A stretch of 64,000 nt of DNA from a virus: IMG/VR virus record IMGVR_UViG_3300010396_000037. One strand, written 5' to 3'. The notes beneath the pieces are model-generated. The model made no database searches and had not been told where the DNA came from. It saw only the letters and a list, made by a program, of their open reading frames with translations. The translations under genes and the position numbers were made by a program. Shown in pieces: positions 20,033-30,633 of the stretch; within the stretch, counting starts at the first letter, position 1, and the number at the start of each line of letters is the position of its first letter.

Positions 20033-20148
20033 GGCTTCTATTCCAATTAGGTATCATCTTCTTCACAATGACCTGCTTTATCATCATGTTCTTTTTTGCG
20101 CTTGGATTCCTCATTCAAATGATGGGGACATGAGATGAAGGATAACTA

Positions 20149-21288
20149 ATGTTAACTCTACAAACAATGAAAGAACAGTTCAAAGACGTGAAGTCTGTTA
20201 GATTCATGGAGGATACTGTGCGTGGCGTTACCATTGTCTGTTATATGGTGGATGATCCAGAGTTGTGGAAGCACCCTCTTGGTTTGGAATGCCGTGGATC
20301 AGTATTTGATACCAAGACGGGAAAGTGCCTGTGTCGTCCATTTGAGAAGTTCTTCAATTTCCATGAAATGAGGACGGATTACCAACAGGAAATAATTAAG
20401 CAGATCAATCACAATAGCAGTCAATGTGCGTTCACCAAGAAACGTGATGGCAGTATGATCACGCCTGTTATGTTACCAAATGGTGAACTGGATTTCAAGA
20501 CCAAGAAGTCTTTTGAGTCTGATGTTGCCATATTGGCTAAGGATTACATCAAGACGCTTCCTAACATCTTGGAATGGTGTAAGATTGTTTGCACATCAGG
20601 ATACACGCCAATTTTTGAATTCACGCATCCTGATAGTCAGATTGTGATTGGTTATGGAGACCAACCAACATTGACTCTGTTAGCTGTCCGTCACATCAAC
20701 TCTGGTCATTACACTCCAAATTTTTGGAATATGCCTGGTCCAATGGATGTTGATAGAAATGTGTTTGTATGTAATTTAGACCTAGAAAGAGCACAACGTC
20801 AAACAGAAGGTGAAGAAGGTTGGGTATTGGAATGGACTGATCCAGTATCTTTGAATTCTACACGCGTAAAATTTAAGACACAATGGTACATTGATCGTCA
20901 TCGTTTGCTTGATTTGCGTGAACGTGATGTTGCTGATGCAGTCATTGAAGACAAGATTGATGACTTGCGTGAAAGCATGATTGCGGCTGGTGCTGATTTG
21001 GAAACACTGTATGCAGTCCAACAGCGAGTTGTTGGTGAATTGGTATACTTGATGGATATTTCTGTGAAGCTTCTGGATGAAGCAAAGAGCAATGATGAAA
21101 GCAAGAAAGGTGTAGCTCTGTTTGCCATACAACATGGAAAAGAATTTATGCCAGTCATAATGGCTTTGCATGAAGGAAATGAATCCAAGGCTGAAAGGAA
21201 CAACAAGAAACTTTGGGAGAAGCATTTTAGGGATGGATACAAATTAAGATCTATCGTTAACAACAAATTTGGAGAACAAGATGAGTGA
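20149..21288 (+). CDS. rnlA: RNA ligase 1 (T4 Rnl1/RnlA family)
   Basis: ECRG, RPFEKFFN, motif I KRDGSMI, TPIFEF, EGWV, VKFKT.WY. Confidence 0.93.
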   Translation: MLTLQTMKEQFKDVKSVRFMEDTVRGVTIVCYMVDDPELWKHPLGLECRGSVFDTKTGKCLCRPFEKFFNFHEMRTDYQQEIIKQINHNSSQCAFTKKRDGSMITPVMLPNGELDFKTKKSFESDVAILAKDYIKTLPNILEWCKIVCTSGYTPIFEFTHPDSQIVIGYGDQPTLTLLAVRHINSGHYTPNFWNMPGPMDVDRNVFVCNLDLERAQRQTEGEEGWVLEWTDPVSLNSTRVKFKTQWYIDRHRLLDLRERDVADAVIEDKIDDLRESMIAAGADLETLYAVQQRVVGELVYLMDISVKLLDEAKSNDESKKGVALFAIQHGKEFMPVIMALHEGNESKAERNNKKLWEKHFRDGYKLRSIVNNKFGEQDE

Positions 21289-21585
21289 AAACAAAATAGA
21301 AGAGTTTAAGAAGAATCCATTTCAATATGGTTCCCAAGAAACCAGGGATGCAATTCTACAGCATCTTGCTGTTTTCTTTCTAGGATTCAATGATTTATGG
21401 ATGTTGTTACATGATAGGAAGTTATCTAAAGAAGAAATTGTTGATGCTGCTGATAGTATGGAAGTGTTGAGGATGACGACTAATGCACTCATAGAGGAAT
21501 GTATTGACTCAGACCTAGAATTATCCGGTCTGGTAAAACAACTTGCTATCCAGCAGAGAAACGAATTGAACTGAAAGGAAATATC

Positions 21586-22569
21586 ATGGCCGTTGTAAAA
21601 TTGCCAGTGGAACATGTTTCCGCTGAATGGATGGGCAAAGAAGAAGAAACTTTGTTTGATGTGAACGAACACCACGTGATTTTCACGGTTGGCGTGAGTG
21701 CCAGTGGAAAGACGACCTGGTCTGAACAATTTGCTAAAAGTCACCCAAATTGGGTTGTCATTAGTCGTGATTATGCTCGCGCGGACCTTTTATCTCCTGG
21801 TAAGTTTAGTTGGACAGCATGGAAGAAGCGTGGTTCTCGTGGTGAGAAGGAAGTCAATTTTTTAGTTGAGTCGGCCATAGATATGGCTATCCGTCGTGGG
21901 ATAGACGTGATCATTGCTGACACCAATCTGTCTCCTAACAATTTCAATTCATTGGCTGCAAAATTTCGTGATCATGGCTATGTTGTTCATTTCAAGTTCT
22001 TTCCAATAGACTGGAAGACTGCTGTGGAACGCGACAACGCGCGTCTGAATGGCGTGGGTGTGTCCGTGATCTCTGCACAGTTCGAGAAACTGCATAAGTT
22101 GGAGCGTCAAAAATCAAAATTGCATTCACGTGGTGGATATCAAGCCATTCTGTGTGATATTGATGGAACGTTAGCGCATATGGTATCACGCGGTCCTTAT
22201 GATTACAGCGATGAAGCGATCGCTACGGATGCCATTGATGAAGATGTTCGTGAAATTCTAGCGAGCATGGCCCACCGTGGTTTCAAGATCATTATCGTTA
22301 GTGGGCGTGATGGAGTATGTAGGGAAGCTACTCATAAGTGGCTGACCAAGTATTTGACTGAACAAATTGGAATTCAATTCAGTCATTACCAACGCGCGGA
22401 AGGCGACAAGCGTCCTGATGACCAGATCAAAGAAGAACTGCTTCATAAGATCATTGAAGATGGTTTTGACCCGATAATGGTGTTTGATGACCGTCCGAGA
22501 GTCTGCCGTATGTGGCGTCGTCTGGGATTGAAAGTGTTTCAGGTCGGCAATCCATACATCGAGTTCTAA
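21586..22569 (+). CDS. pseT: Polynucleotide 5'-kinase/3'-phosphatase (PseT/Pnkp)
   Basis: GVSASGKTT P-loop, SRD, DTNL; HAD motifs DIDGTLA, SGRD, FDDRPRV. Confidence 0.95.
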   Translation: MAVVKLPVEHVSAEWMGKEEETLFDVNEHHVIFTVGVSASGKTTWSEQFAKSHPNWVVISRDYARADLLSPGKFSWTAWKKRGSRGEKEVNFLVESAIDMAIRRGIDVIIADTNLSPNNFNSLAAKFRDHGYVVHFKFFPIDWKTAVERDNARLNGVGVSVISAQFEKLHKLERQKSKLHSRGGYQAILCDIDGTLAHMVSRGPYDYSDEAIATDAIDEDVREILASMAHRGFKIIIVSGRDGVCREATHKWLTKYLTEQIGIQFSHYQRAEGDKRPDDQIKEELLHKIIEDGFDPIMVFDDRPRVCRMWRRLGLKVFQVGNPYIEF

Positions 22570-22914
22570 TATGACTGTTCAAAGTACATTTATTACAACA
22601 GACAATGTTCAAGACTGGCGTTTGATTGAACATGTAGATGAAGGTAGTATAATTATTCACCCTTTGATAGCTTGGAAATTGCGTGGGATTGATGCTCCCG
22701 CAATCCCTATCACTGCAGCTGGTGGTCCAAGAATTATAACCAATGAGACAGTTTGGTTTCTTTTCAACATCAAAACTAAAACTTTCTATGGAATGGACGA
22801 ATCTGGATGCTGGTACAAGCATCAGTTGCCAGATATTACAGTAGCCAGCGTCACAGCTATCCAAAAACATGCTTTAAGTGTTTGTAAATCAACAAATCCA
22901 ATTTTTGAATAATC

Positions 22915-23310
22915 ATGAGTTATAAACATCAGAAGAGAGCCAGAAAGGAAACCATCTTGGCTGAACGCAATGTTAGACGTGCGGTTCGATTGTCTAGGAT
23001 AGCGAAACCTTACAAGCGGCCAGCTTTCACTCCTATGTCTGTTGATTCCGTCGTGATTCAACGTCTTGAAAAATGGAATACAATCTCAAAACAAGAGCGT
23101 GAGGAATATCCAAGTTTGAATTTAGAAACGTCACTGAAGCAAGAAGTGATTGTAGAACATGATGATGAATATTTGCGACGTGAAGAAGCAGCCAGGAAGA
23201 TATCAGAAGAAAGGAAGAAGATGGTAGCTCCTCTTTACAACAAAGGTGGCTATCAGTACATAGGTGACGCTCCAAAAGAAATCATCCAGAACCTTGGAAG
23301 GAAAGTATGA
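22915..23310 (+). CDS. Conserved T4-like hypothetical protein
   Basis: C-terminal APLYNKGGYQYI motif. Confidence 0.65.
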   Translation: MSYKHQKRARKETILAERNVRRAVRLSRIAKPYKRPAFTPMSVDSVVIQRLEKWNTISKQEREEYPSLNLETSLKQEVIVEHDDEYLRREEAARKISEERKKMVAPLYNKGGYQYIGDAPKEIIQNLGRKV

Positions 23311-23395
23311 CATGAAAATCAAACTAGCAATTTTGTTGTTCGCCATAGTATCCTTGTCCGCTTGTACAAACCAACCTGTAATTCAGGAGTAAAGA

Positions 23396-24112
23396 ATGTT
23401 CAAAACGATTGAAGAGTGCCAAGTAGAACTCATTGCACATACCAAGTCAGATAGAGTCAAACGTGATCCAGTTAATCTACAAAACTATGTGGAGTCAGAC
23501 ATGGATCATTTCCCTGCGCAAGCAGCGAGAGTCAGCTTTAACAACGATCAGACTGTATATGATGTGCAGAAGGATCAGAAACTTATTAATTATCTTGCAG
23601 CGCATGAACACTTAACTCCTTTTGAATACCAACATGCTACATTGATGATTGAATGCCCACTGTTTATTCGCAGCCAGATTCATCGCCATCGAACATTCAG
23701 CTACAATGAAATCAGTCGTCGTTACACCAGTGATGATCTTGACTTCTGGATTCCAACAGATTGGCACAAGCAGGCTATCAAAGACAAGCAAGGAAGCGAT
23801 GGTAACCTTCTAGAAGATGATCAAGATGCATTCCTGGACAGTGTTTATAAACAACAGTGCCTGACTGCTCTCGGTATCTACAACATTCTGATTGAGAATG
23901 AAGTTGCGCGTGAACAGGCACGTGCAGTTCTACCGCAGAGTCTGATGACTCGGTTCTACATGGCCGGCAATTTGAGGAATTGGGCGCACTTCTTGCAATT
24001 ACGTTTAGACTCTCACGCACAAGCTGAAATTCAAGTCATCGCGCATAAGTGCCATGTAATCTTGAACGAATTGTGGCCAACATCTTTGTCAGCTCTTATG
24101 AAGAAGAAATGA
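23396..24112 (+). CDS. thyX: FAD-dependent thymidylate synthase
   Basis: AARVSF, HLTPFE, RHRTFSYNEISRRY, REQARAVLP, LRLDSHAQAEI. Confidence 0.97.
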   Translation: MFKTIEECQVELIAHTKSDRVKRDPVNLQNYVESDMDHFPAQAARVSFNNDQTVYDVQKDQKLINYLAAHEHLTPFEYQHATLMIECPLFIRSQIHRHRTFSYNEISRRYTSDDLDFWIPTDWHKQAIKDKQGSDGNLLEDDQDAFLDSVYKQQCLTALGIYNILIENEVAREQARAVLPQSLMTRFYMAGNLRNWAHFLQLRLDSHAQAEIQVIAHKCHVILNELWPTSLSALMKKK

Positions 24113-24156
24113 ATATAAACATCAAGACTTGATCTGAAATATGACATCATTGTAAT

Positions 24157-24197
24157 TTAACATCTATTAAGTTTGAACATCATCTAAACGGTATAAT
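24157..24197 (+). promoter_or_regulatory. TTAAC-N4-ATTAA...TATAAT promoter
   Basis: Repeated family, 21-nt spacer. Confidence 0.7.
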
Positions 24198-24219
24198 AAT
24201 TGAATGCAAGGAGACAACT

Positions 24220-24510
24220 ATGAATAGTGTCAATGACTTGGCTTGGGAAGCTGCTGCCAATGTCTGGAAGAAAGCTGATGCAGCTCTAGCCGCAGCCAAG
24301 AAGGCTGAAGATGATGCTCGACAAACTCTAATCGCCATGGCACCCGCTGGACATAAGGGAGCTGGAATTGAATTGGTTCGAGTTATCTCTGAAGGGAGTG
24401 TTTCCTACAAAGCTGTTCTTGATGAGTTGTTGCCTGACTTGGATGTTAGCAAGTGGCGTGGTGAGCCATCAACTTCTTACCGTATACTCAAGGATAAGAA
24501 AGACCAATGA
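24220..24510 (+). CDS. Hypothetical protein (resembles the C-terminus of YqaJ-type proteins)
   Basis: GSVSYK...DLDVSKWRG; AGGAG RBS. Confidence 0.55.
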   Translation: MNSVNDLAWEAAANVWKKADAALAAAKKAEDDARQTLIAMAPAGHKGAGIELVRVISEGSVSYKAVLDELLPDLDVSKWRGEPSTSYRILKDKKDQ

Positions 24511-25271
24511 AATTTCGCCTCTGGTCTGACGTGCATTGTGATTTCGGTCCTCCTGAAGTTATTCACACTCTCAAGGATGACAAAGAAACAGTGCTGATAA
24601 TTGCTGGTGACTGGGCCACGCGTGGACAGCCTCACACGGAAATTCTAGAAGAACTATGCAAGCGTTTTAAATTCGTCTTGTTCGTAGCTGGCAATCATGA
24701 CTACTGGGGTTCAACCATTGATGAAGTGGATGAATTTTGGAAGAAATTCCAAAACAAGCATAAGAATTTTCGTTACTTGAATCCTGGAATCATATATATT
24801 GATGATGTAGCAGTCATTGGTGCAACTCTCTGGACAGACTGCGAGCATGGTGATCTGGGCAAACTCGAATTGATGCGGCAGTACATGTCGCCTGATTTTT
24901 CCTTCATCCATGACTTTAAGCAAAGACCTTACACGTGGATTGCCAAAAACGCTGATCACAAGTACTTCATCCGGGAACAATTGTACCAAAACTACAATGA
25001 TGACAAAGTTCTGGTTGTAACGCATCATGCACCACACGCACATTGCGACCCGGCTCATCCATTCAATCCTGGGTTCTGTTGTTCAAATATGGATGATCTG
25101 ATTGATCCTAGATTTGTGCATACATGGGTTTTTGGTCATACACACGTGCCAGTTGATTTTGAACTGAATGGCGTTAGAATGATTTCTAATCCACGTGGCT
25201 ACAAGGGATGTGAGTTACTGGCTAAAGTTTGGGATGAAAATGCATTAGATGCTATGATTTTCGAGATTTGA
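24507..25271 (+). CDS. Calcineurin-like metallophosphoesterase
   Basis: SDVH, AGD, GNHD, THHAP, GHTH, NPRGY. Confidence 0.92.
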   Translation: MKFRLWSDVHCDFGPPEVIHTLKDDKETVLIIAGDWATRGQPHTEILEELCKRFKFVLFVAGNHDYWGSTIDEVDEFWKKFQNKHKNFRYLNPGIIYIDDVAVIGATLWTDCEHGDLGKLELMRQYMSPDFSFIHDFKQRPYTWIAKNADHKYFIREQLYQNYNDDKVLVVTHHAPHAHCDPAHPFNPGFCCSNMDDLIDPRFVHTWVFGHTHVPVDFELNGVRMISNPRGYKGCELLAKVWDENALDAMIFEI

Positions 25272-25283
25272 TGGAGTAGTGAT

Positions 25284-25682
25284 ATGTGCTTAACTATCAA
25301 TACATTTACCCATGAAAAGACTCTTGTTGTTGATCATCGCTATCGTGTTGTTACTAAATGTTTTCCTAAAGTAATAGAAGAAGACATGACCGTCTTTAAG
25401 TGTGTGCATACAGATGGCAAAGCGGAATATCAGAAGTTCTGGTATGATCCTAACACACTCTACAAGAAAAGAAAGTTACGACCAACCAAGGAAGCCGTGT
25501 ATGGCGCAGGTTTTCACGCCTACACGTCATCGCCAGTGAGGGTTTACAAGAACCGCATGGTGATAATGGCAACTATTCCAAAAGGCTCTACTGTTTTCTT
25601 TGGAGTTGATGGGGATGTTGTAACCAATGCACTTAAAACTTTAGAATTTCCAAAGAGATATAAGGGTCATGACAGAACGTAA
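25284..25682 (+). CDS. Hypothetical protein (MCL...GFHAY...IPKG family)
   Basis: ORF with RBS, coupled to the next gene. Confidence 0.6.
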   Translation: MCLTINTFTHEKTLVVDHRYRVVTKCFPKVIEEDMTVFKCVHTDGKAEYQKFWYDPNTLYKKRKLRPTKEAVYGAGFHAYTSSPVRVYKNRMVIMATIPKGSTVFFGVDGDVVTNALKTLEFPKRYKGHDRT

Positions 25683-26706
25683 ACTTGTAACCATTCGTAC
25701 AATCAGCGAATTGAAACCCATACCCAAGGCCGACACTATAGAGTGCGCCAAGGTTGATGGCTGGAAAGTGGTTGTAAAGAAAGGTGAATTTCAAGTTGGA
25801 GACAAATGTGTCTTCATTGAAATCGACAGCGTTGTGCCTGATACGTCACCTTTCAAGTTCTTGATTGATAAACAAGGTAAGACTTTCTATAATGGTAAGT
25901 TTGGCGCTCGTGTTAAGACCATTCGTTTGCGCGGACAATTGTCACAGGGTCTGGCGCTGCCAATCAATTCATTTCATTTGGTTGATTTGGGTGGTGATAT
26001 AACTGCTAACCTGGATATCTGGAAATATGATCCGCCACCACCTGCTGAATTGGCAGGTAAGGTTGCAGGCAATTGGCCATCTTGGTTGCAGAAAACAGAC
26101 CAAGAAAGGATTCAAAACATTGACCCATCTGAATTGACTGGAACTTATGCAGTTGAGGAGAAAATGGATGGTACATCTATGTCAGTGTGGATTGATGAAC
26201 ACGGAGTTCTAGGTGTTGGTACCAAGAGCATGTCTCTGAAAATAGATGACGCAGTAAATGACGGCAATACGTATGTCCGCATGGCGCATGATAGCGGCAT
26301 GTTGAAGTGGCTATCAACTCATGTTTTGCCTCAGGATGCTCCATTTGCTATTCAGGGTGAATTGTGTGGACCAGGGGTTCAAGGTAATCCTTACAAATTA
26401 GACCGAGCAGCTTTCTTTGCTTTCGACATTTTTGCACCACGCAAGGGAGGCAAATTGCCAGAAGGTGAACGTGATAATATTATTGAAGCAATGCAACTGG
26501 ATGGAGTCAGAATCGACACGGTGCCATTCATTTGTTACTGCGATCTGGACGAAATTACAGGAAACAAGATAGAGTTTCTATTGGCAGAAGCTGATGATAA
26601 AAGTCTTGTTTCTGATGTTTCGCGTGAAGGAATAGTGTTGAAGGACGTGGCTGACGGGAATAAATCTTTCAAATGTATTAGCAACAAATACCTTGAAAAT
26701 CAATAA
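25669..26706 (+). CDS. RNA ligase, DRB0094 (Rnl5) family
   Basis: N-terminal OB domain RKLVTIR..PIPKADTIE, LRGQLSQGL, KTDQERIQN, EKMDGTS, QGELCGPGVQGN, EGIV, FKCISNKYL. Confidence 0.92.
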   Translation: MTERKLVTIRTISELKPIPKADTIECAKVDGWKVVVKKGEFQVGDKCVFIEIDSVVPDTSPFKFLIDKQGKTFYNGKFGARVKTIRLRGQLSQGLALPINSFHLVDLGGDITANLDIWKYDPPPPAELAGKVAGNWPSWLQKTDQERIQNIDPSELTGTYAVEEKMDGTSMSVWIDEHGVLGVGTKSMSLKIDDAVNDGNTYVRMAHDSGMLKWLSTHVLPQDAPFAIQGELCGPGVQGNPYKLDRAAFFAFDIFAPRKGGKLPEGERDNIIEAMQLDGVRIDTVPFICYCDLDEITGNKIEFLLAEADDKSLVSDVSREGIVLKDVADGNKSFKCISNKYLENQ

Positions 26707-26801
26707 AGTAAAATTTACTTATTTAACAACGGTTAACGCTACTAATCAAAAACTCATATAGTATTTTTTCTGCAGGGGAATTACCTGTAAGGAGAAGTAC
26801 C

Positions 26802-27776
26802 ATGAATGTCACTGTTGAAAGTCTGCAAAAGGAAATCCCGGAAAAGAAACTCGTGGGTAATGTAGCCTATGTTCTACAGGCACCATGGGATCAGCCGGAT
26901 TTTGCCAAAGAAACATCTTTGGAGAAAAGGATCAAGTCAGCTGGCCTGGATTGGAGAGCGGAGTCCTCAACCCTGCACTACTTTAATAGTAAAGGAACTG
27001 CATTGGTCCCGGGACGTATGGCATTGTTCCGGTCCGACAATGGAAAGTTTCTTGGAGCAGTTGGAGAGAATTACAAAGTCGTGCAACCCAAAGAAGTCAT
27101 TGAGTTTTATGAGAACTTGATTGCCAACTTTGGGTTTGAAATGGAAGCGGCTGGTTCTTTCTCTGAAGGCAAAAGGATTTGGGCTCTGGCCAATACCAAG
27201 AACGTCATGACATTGGATGGGGATGAAAGCAAGATGTATCTTTTGCTCGCTACCTCCTTCGACGGAAGCATGGCAACTCATGTTCGACTGACTAGCATTC
27301 GAGTCGCGAGTGAAAGCAGTCTGAATGTTGCGGTGGATGAAAAGATCCTCGCCAGAGATGTGATCAAAGTCATGCACAGCCAATCCTTTGATGCTGAAAA
27401 GGTCAAGCACCAACTCGCTATCGAGAAGCGGTGGGCCAAATTTCAGAAAACAGCGAAGAAGATGGTTGAGCATAAGATATCAGAAGACAAAGCGATAGAG
27501 TATCTGTCGAATGTCTATGATATCCATGAAGGTGTCAAGGGCGTGAGGCGGACTCGGTTCCTAAATGCAATGGAATTCAGTCTGAATGAAGCTCCTGGCG
27601 CCAACCTCGCAACCGCAAAAGGAACTCTATGGGGAGCAGTCAATGCGGTTAGCTTCGACATAGATCACAGGAAGCGTAGGAATGAAAACACGCGCGCGGA
27701 ACTCGCCATGATTGGGTATGGTAACGCGACCAAGGAAAAGGCATGGAAGTTGGCTGAACGGCTCCTGGCGGCATAG
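26802..27776 (+). CDS. DUF932 / TIGR03299-type phage-plasmid protein, diverged paralogue
   Basis: AGLDW, RSDNG.FLG.VG..YKVVQP, METAG-like MEAAG, YLLLATSFDGS, GTLWG; promoter motif at 26723-26736. Confidence 0.85.
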   Translation: MNVTVESLQKEIPEKKLVGNVAYVLQAPWDQPDFAKETSLEKRIKSAGLDWRAESSTLHYFNSKGTALVPGRMALFRSDNGKFLGAVGENYKVVQPKEVIEFYENLIANFGFEMEAAGSFSEGKRIWALANTKNVMTLDGDESKMYLLLATSFDGSMATHVRLTSIRVASESSLNVAVDEKILARDVIKVMHSQSFDAEKVKHQLAIEKRWAKFQKTAKKMVEHKISEDKAIEYLSNVYDIHEGVKGVRRTRFLNAMEFSLNEAPGANLATAKGTLWGAVNAVSFDIDHRKRRNENTRAELAMIGYGNATKEKAWKLAERLLAA

Positions 27777-27801
27777 TAATATGCAACCATGGGGAAGCAA
27801 A

Positions 27802-27839
27802 GAGGCCAGCTGCCCTCCCCTGCACTGGCCTCTTTTTTT
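27802..27839 (+). terminator. Rho-independent terminator
   Basis: AGAGGCCAG...CTGGCCTCT followed by a T-run. Confidence 0.8.
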
Positions 27840-27855
27840 GCGTCTAAAATGCTGT

Positions 27856-27896
27856 TTAACATCGGTTAAGTTTTCTTCAGGAAGTGGGCGTATAAT
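27856..27896 (+). promoter_or_regulatory. TTAAC-ATCG-GTTAA...TATAAT promoter
   Basis: Repeated family. Confidence 0.8.
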
Positions 27897-27932
27897 ATTC
27901 CTTGTTGGATCAAGTCCTACTGGAGACCTGAA

Positions 27933-29558
27933 ATGAACATGACCGAATTTGAATCAACTTTCCCCCATCTGTCTGCCGATGATTACATGAAAGGGTCTCT
28001 GTCCTATTTCATTGGCAAGACGATCCGTTATATCATTCCTGATGACCCATCGGAATATAAGAAATTCCTGAGAGCCAATGGCACCAATGCACTTGATGCC
28101 TACAAGATTATTGGTCTTCAGCGCAACTTCAAAGGCGAGATATGTGTCCGCGCTGTTAACACCAGCTTTGATGATCAATTTGGGCGCTGCATCAGCTTCA
28201 ATGAATTTATTCTCGTTGATTGTTAAGGAGAACTGTCATGAGCTACATGATCACCAAGTCAGGTCGCACCAAGGAAATTCCTGAGCGCATGTTGCGGGAA
28301 ACTGAAGAATATCCCATGCAGATGACTCGGGACAAACTGGTTGGTTTGGATTCAAATGGCCGCATTGTGGTTGACATGTTTGATGCTCGCCATTCTGACC
28401 GCAAAGACGCTTACCTGTTTGGCTTGACTCTCTGCTGCAATGCCAGCGACAAGGGCACAGAATTTGGAGTTGTCTGCCGCGGATGCCATGGCACCACTGA
28501 TACTGGCAACTACATCTGGCGTGATGTGGATGGAAGTTTCCCTGGGTTGGATCCAATCGAATCCATTGTTGAAGGAAAGTCCCCACGTTCAACTGTAAAG
28601 GAGAGCTGAAATGAAAGCCAGCGAGCTCATTGAACGTCTGCAATACTTGATAGCTGATCATGGAGACCAAGAAGTTAAGCATGGTGCTAATAGCAATCAG
28701 GACGTGGACGATGTAGTGTTCTACAAGGGAGATACATGGGGCTCGGGAAGCGACAGCAGCTTCGACATCAAGTCATTTGAGTAAAGGAGAACTGAAATGC
28801 CTTTCACGCATGAGGATTATCCGGAACCGATTGCCTATCGTGGCGGTTGTAAAGTCTCCTGGAGGACCTATGATGATCCAGAAGCAGCCAGCGTAGCACA
28901 GGAAGTCGCAAGGTTTCTCGCTCATCGTCTGGAAACAGAAGGTTATGAGTGGGGTTACTGCTCACCAGGTGAGTTGAAAGACAATGGTGATGGCACCTAC
29001 ACTGTTTGTTGTCCTTAGTGAAATTTCTGAAGTCAAACGTCATTTAACATCCGTTAAGCTAACTCTAAGTCAGACGCGTTATAATAGTTGAGTTGGAGCA
29101 GTCCTACTGGAGAGTTAAAATGAAAAACAAACTTCTCGGTTTCACCTATCGCTGGCGCACTCCAACCATGGCATCATGGAGATATGTATGGTGCGATAAC
29201 ATGGAAGAAGCCAAAAGCATAGTGCGTGGTGAGTTGGGTGAATATGCAGATGGTTTCCGTATGCCGCGTGGCACGATATTCGAACGTGTTTGCGCCGGGC
29301 CACTGGTCAAGGAGAGCTGAAATGAATATCGAAGTCACCGAAGAACTTTTGAACACGGCCAACCGCGCTTATGTTGGACGTGATCATCATTGCCGCTGCG
29401 GTTGTGCTGGTGTCTATCATCAAGTTGGCACACATGGCTTCAAACTGGCTTTGAGTCGTGCAAAAAAACTCTTGAAAGAAGAGAGCTATGATGACGCCAA
29501 CGAACACTTTGTGAATTTCATTTCTGGTGATGACCGTGCCATCACTTTATATTTCTGA
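27933..29558 (+). CDS. Cluster of small early hypothetical genes (27933-28226, ~28238-28609, ~28611-28784, 28797-29018, ~29120-29320, ~29322-29558)
   Basis: Each is preceded by a similar AAGGAGA(G/A)CTGAAATG-type RBS. Confidence 0.6.
29023..29058 (+). repeat. 36-bp exact direct repeat, copy 1 (includes the promoter palindrome)
   Basis: ATTTCTGAAGTCAAACGTCATTTAACATCCGTTAAG. Confidence 0.95.
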
Positions 29559-29586
29559 AGTCAAACGTCATTTAACATCCGTTAAG
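29551..29586 (+). repeat. 36-bp exact direct repeat, copy 2
   Basis: Identical to 29023-29058. Confidence 0.95.
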
Positions 29587-29654
29587 TAAACTTCAAGTCA
29601 ATTGAATTATACTAGTCCTGCTGAAACGCAAAACCCTCAAACTAGGAGATTGAA

Positions 29655-30617
29655 ATGAGTGCTGAAATCGACATGAGTAATGGTAAGGCCAATGTTGCTT
29701 ACATCAATGAGACTCCTTGGCATGGTCTGGGTCAGTCTCTGACTCCGGGTGCTGCTCTGGAAATCTGGGCTGAACAGGCTGGTCAGAACTGGGAAGCCAA
29801 GCGTGCGGCTCTGCGTTACACGGCTGGCAAGGACACGGTCAGTATCCCGAACCGCAAGGCTCTGTATCGTTCTGACACGCATGCTTTCCTGGGTATGGTG
29901 GCCGATGGCTACAAGATCGTGCAGCCGAAGGAAGTCCTGGAGTTCTACCGTGACCTGATCAGTGACTTCGGTTTCGAGATGGAGACGGCTGGTTGCTTGT
30001 TCGGTGGCAAGCGCGTCTGGGCTTTGGCCAACTGCAAGAAGGCTGTTGCTCTAAAGGGTAATGATGACGTCAACTTGTATCTGCTGCTTGCCACGTCCTT
30101 TGATGGCTCCATGAGCACGCAGGCTCGTCTGACCGGTGTTCGCGTGGTCTGCAACAACACGCTTGAACTGGCGACTGCTTCTAATGGTGTGGGTAACAAT
30201 GTGGTACGCGTGTATCACACGGCCAGCTTCAATTCGGATGCGGTCAAGAAACAGCTGGACATCGACAATCGCTGGCAGAACTTCTGCGACACGGCAAGCA
30301 AAATGCAAAATCGTGAAGTCAGCAAGGCTGAAGTGATTGACTTCCTGACCAAGTTGTACAAGATCAATCCCAACAGTTCTGAACTGATCAAGAACCGTTT
30401 CTTGGCCCGTATGGAGCACTCGCTGTTCAATGCTCCGGGTGCCCAGAAGACTGGCTCGGCTGGTACCCTCTGGGGTGTCTTGAATGCGGTGACCTATGAT
30501 GTTGATCACAAGGCCACGCGCGTCGCTGACTACCGGATGGCCAATGGCATGATGGGTGCGGGTAGCTTGCTGAAGCAGCAGGCTTGGAAGGAAGCTGAAA
30601 TGGCTCTGGCTGCATGA
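29655..30617 (+). CDS. DUF932 / TIGR03299-type phage-plasmid protein
   Basis: PWHGLG, LYRSDT, YKIVQP.EVLEFY, METAG, YLLLATSFDGS, RVVCNNTL, GTLWGVLNAVT. Confidence 0.92.
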   Translation: MSAEIDMSNGKANVAYINETPWHGLGQSLTPGAALEIWAEQAGQNWEAKRAALRYTAGKDTVSIPNRKALYRSDTHAFLGMVADGYKIVQPKEVLEFYRDLISDFGFEMETAGCLFGGKRVWALANCKKAVALKGNDDVNLYLLLATSFDGSMSTQARLTGVRVVCNNTLELATASNGVGNNVVRVYHTASFNSDAVKKQLDIDNRWQNFCDTASKMQNREVSKAEVIDFLTKLYKINPNSSELIKNRFLARMEHSLFNAPGAQKTGSAGTLWGVLNAVTYDVDHKATRVADYRMANGMMGAGSLLKQQAWKEAEMALAA

Positions 30618-30633
30618 TGCGGCCGTGAGTGGG

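Noticed and set aside
27856-27869. Promoter dyad as a CtrA box (TTAA-N7-TTAA), which would imply an alphaproteobacterial host
   Set aside because: Spacing here is consistently TTAA-N6-TTAA (TTAAC-N4-GTTAA), one base short; only the ~60220 and ~62993 variants have N7
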